A DNA stretch of 62,902 bases, filler included, from Olpidium bornovanus S191 (Eukaryota > Fungi > Olpidiomycota), in NCBI GenBank assembly GCA_017911155.1. It is 30 parts of 30 records of this genome, joined end to end, with 100 filler letters (N's around TTAATTAATTAA, not from the genome) between each part and the next. Parts side by side here need not be neighbours in the genome. Positions count along the whole stretch, not along the records: positions 56,958 to 60,218 come from JAEFCI010001213.1; positions 60,319 to 62,902 come from JAEFCI010000275.1; 28 more parts are not named here. One strand, given 5' to 3'. Numbering within the stretch: position 1 is the first letter of the stretch; each line of letters opens with the position of its first letter. Of the stretch, positions 59,788 to 62,902 are shown in pieces. Made by a program: the position numbers and the translations under genes. Under the pieces are notes generated by a model. That model was not told the DNA's origin and searched no databases. It saw only the letters and a program-made list of their open reading frames with translations.

Positions 59788-59885
59788 TTGTATTTGTCTT
59801 CGTTCGCACAAGCTTGCTGTTTTGGTATTCGAGACGTTGTATTTGTCTTCGTTCGCGCAAGCTTGCTGTTTTGGTATTCGAGACG
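59788..59885 (+). repeat. 49-bp tandem duplication
   Basis: TTGTATTTGTCTTCGTTCGC(A/G)CAAGCTTGCTGTTTTGGTATTCGAGACG at 59788-59836 and 59837-59885. Confidence 0.9.
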
Positions 59886-60346
59886 TCTCGGTGGCAGACG
59901 AATGGCCGCAGCGCACAGCCGGGCGTTCCCGTATACAGAATTTTTGCCCGCCCACCCCTGGCTGCAGGCCACGAGGCCCGCGAGCCGGGGGGCGGGGAGG
60001 GGGGGGGGGGGGGACGAAGCCGGCGTGTTCCACCAGGAAGTCGGTTCGGGTTGGGGTTGAAGGGGGGGGGGGGGGGGGGGGTGGGGGGGGGGGGGGGGGG
60101 AGGTGTATGGCAGTGGAAGTTTCGCGCGCCGTTTGCACCCGGCCAAGAGCCCGGCCACAGCGGCCCGTGCGCCCCTGTTTCCTGAACCGGAAAAAGCAAA
60201 ACAAAAACGGGGAAGGGANNNNNNNNNNNNNNNNNNNNNNNNNNNNNNNNNNNNNNNNNNNNTTAATTAATTAANNNNNNNNNNNNNNNNNNNNNNNNNN
60301 NNNNNNNNNNNNNNNNNNCCCCCAAACGGGGGGGGGGGGGGGGGGC

Positions 60347-60387
<41 letters not shown>

Positions 60388-61247
60388 TTTGTTCTCGCGA
60401 GGGATGAGATCATCAAACAAGCGAGTGAGGGTTGCCGGGGCCCTGGAAAAGTCACTGGGCAAACTCCGAGGGCCGGAAGAGACGACCCTTGGCTGCCAAA
60501 CTCTGTGCTCGCGTCCTTCGGATGCCCTGGGGGGTAATCGCAAAGGTACCCGACCCATTCCCCACCTCCTCCCTCTTTGACGGACGGGGGAAAAAAAACT
60601 GCGCGAAAGCCGGGGCGGGGGAGCGCGCGCGTGGTCCTTTCCTTTTTTTTTTCCTTTTTTTTTTTTCGCGCTCCCAGATTCCAGGCGCCCCGGGCTTGTC
60701 TCCAGACTGATCTCGGACCCGGCCCCCCGGCGGATCGCGGTGACGCGGAAAGCCGCAGTAAAGGGGGCCCTTTTCTTTTCCGCCGGGGGGCCAAAAAAAA
60801 AAAAGGAAATAGGAAGCCCGGCAGGCTCCGCGTGCGATACGCGCGTTGTTTCAGACCCGAGAGCGGACTTTCCGTCCTCATCTTTTTTTCCCGCTTCGCC
60901 GGTCCCTGCCGGAGAGGAGGGGACGGGGAAGGGGGGAAAGGGGGGAAACGCGTTTTGTCGTTTTGTTTTTTTTTTTCTTTCCAACCCCCTCCGTTTTCTG
61001 TTCTTTGCGCGAATCGTGTGGCGCAAAACGCGACCCCCCCCCCCACCCCCCGAAACCCGCATTCCAGAAGAATCCCACGCGAAACAACCACCCGCCCACG
61101 CTTTGCCACGGCGGTTTCCGAAAGCGAAAAGAATCCCCCCACCCCTCCCCCTCCCAACCTCCTTCTTGTCCGTTGCCGCCGCACCGCGCCCAGGCGCCCA
61201 AGAGCTTTCATCCGCCGCATCCCCCCTTCCCCCTTCCTACCCACGCC

Positions 61248-61864
61248 ATGTCCGAGAAGACCCAGTTGTCCCAGACCTCACCGCTGTTCGGTCACCTGGA
61301 GTACTCCCTCCAGCTCAGCCTCCGTTCGTCCACGGCGCGCATCACGGCCGCCTACGCCTTGTCGAACCCGCATTTGACCATCCAATTCGAGCGGAAATGC
61401 AAGGTCTGCGCCCAGCTCCCACACCCCCCACCCCTCCTTTGCGAGCCGCGAAATGATTGGGTGGATGCGTTGTCCCCGATTCTATACCCGGAAAAAAAAA
61501 ACAAAAAAAGGGAAAAAAAATCAACCCGAGGGGAAGGGGCGAAAGGAAGGAGTTTGCCCCCGCTTTCCCCCGTTTTAGATGGGAGAAAGGGGAGAGGGTG
61601 GGCGAACGTCGATGTTTGCTGACGCGACGTTATCCCTGGGTTTTCCTTTTTGATTTTCCACTTTCGGCACTTTGGGGGGGGGGAAACTACCAGAACATGC
61701 TCACGCTCGACACGTGGGTCGATCCCTCACAGCTGCAAGGCATCAACAGCGAAGAGGAGATCATCCGCCGGGGGTTCCAATTCAACGTTCCCAATTCCGG
61801 AATGAAGTTCACGGTTGGCGCTCTGAAGCCCGTGTCGAAGGGTCTGAAAGGTTCAAAAAGCCCG

Positions 61865-61911
<47 letters not shown>

Positions 61912-62279
61912 TCTTTTTGACGAGCCGGCGTGTTTCGTCCTCTTTCGTGACCTCCCCATCTTTCCCGCCCCCGCCCCCCCCCCCTCCCCCCTCCCTCCCC
62001 TCTTTTCCAAATAAAGAGCGTGCGAACCTGCCGGGATCTCCTCCGGGAGCGGGCGGCGCCGGGAGTTCCGCGTCTGAGCGGGGCTCCAGGACGCTGCGTA
62101 AAGCGCTGCTCTGCCGCCTGGGCGTCGGACGCGCGCGCGCGGCCGACGAGGCATCGCTCGCGACGGAAAATCTCCCGGACGGGTACGACAGCTTCTACGT
62201 GCGGCCGGCGGACCCGGAAGCGGCCAAGAAGAGGAACGAAGAGTACCGGCACGAGTATTACATTTCCAATCCGGCCCAA
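61248..62279 (+). CDS. PARP-catalytic-like (ADP-ribosyltransferase fold) domain protein, 3' part not resolved
   Basis: Exons MSEKTQLSQTSPLFGHLEYSLQLSLRSSTARITAAYALSNPHLTIQFERKCK / NMLTLDTWVD...EEIIRRGFQF / LLCRLGVGRA...LPDGYDSFY...YRHEYYISNPAQ. The last follows the PARP pattern L.RV..G...P.GYDS...E....Q. Confidence 0.6.
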
Positions 62280-62328
62280 GTCAGATAAAAAAAAAAGAAA
62301 CAAAGTAGTCTTTCTTTTTCCTTTTCTT

Positions 62329-62368
<40 letters not shown>

Positions 62369-62902
62369 CCCCCCCCCCCCCCGGGGGGGGGGCCCCCCCC
62401 CCCCCCCCCCCGGTTTCCGCCTTTTGCAACGCCAGAAAAGCCCGTACCACTTTTTGGCCCGCGTCAAACCTCGGCCTGGAACTTCCGCGCGATCGCTCCG
62501 GAATTGGTAGAAACAGCGGTGCTGGCGAATTCGCAACGGGGGATATCGCCCGGCGTCACCAACACTTCCGACGGAGAGCGAAAAAAAAAAAAGACGACCC
62601 TCGCGCCCTTTTTTTTTCCCCCTGGGAAGCACCTTCAAAACCGCGGTGCCGTTGATGATTTTCAAGGCGTCTCACGAATTTTTTTCGCCCGCTCCGCCTC
62701 CCCCACCCCCTTCCCCCCCGACCCTCCCCCATCCCTGCCCAATCCGGAAGGAGGGGGGGGGGGGGGGGGGGGGAGGGGGGGGGGATGGGATGCAAAAAAT
62801 TCGGCGACCAAAGTTTAGTGGCAAGCGACAAACGTTAACAGAACAAACTCTCTCTCTGCGCGTCCCCCCCTCTTCCCCCCACTCTCCCCACCGCGCCCAA
62901 CG

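Overview
This window is not contiguous DNA. It is 30 short contigs (about 1-4 kb) joined by 29 identical artificial 100-bp linkers (44 N + TTAATTAATTAA + 44 N), so adjacency across linkers means nothing. The contigs come from a GC-rich, intron-rich eukaryote. Fungal-type genes (class V/VII-like chitin synthase, HbrB/Bit61, Meu6-type PH protein, Ccr4 with Q/H-rich N-terminus) occur together with axonemal genes (RSPH9, AXDND1). From this I infer a zoosporic, early-diverging fungus (chytrid/Olpidium-like), not confirmed by any search. Most genes are truncated by contig ends. Recognisable content: U6 snRNA with TATA at -30, tetraspanin, chitin-synthase-like gene, PfkB kinase, RSPH9, IFRD, AXDND1, FAHD1, class II HMG-CoA reductase, RAD4/XPC, OXA1, VMA13, a sesquipedalian-like PH protein, STU2/XMAP215, SOD2, a ULP1 pseudogene, CCR4, HbrB, RPL12, a PH_6 acidic-repeat protein, a PARP-like gene and several LTR-retrotransposon relics. 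Best leads: (1) an intact chitin-synthase-like ORF whose catalytic motifs are all replaced (candidate pseudoenzyme); (2) an intron-containing, bacterial-type class II HMG-CoA reductase; (3) a U6 with an extra C(UUCG)G hairpin before its U tail; (4) a Kex2-type secreted precursor with a glycine-zipper peptide; (5) an animal-like sesquipedalian PH protein. All family calls are motif recognition by eye; no database searches were run. Long homopolymer runs and CATG-terminated contig ends indicate library or assembly artefacts.
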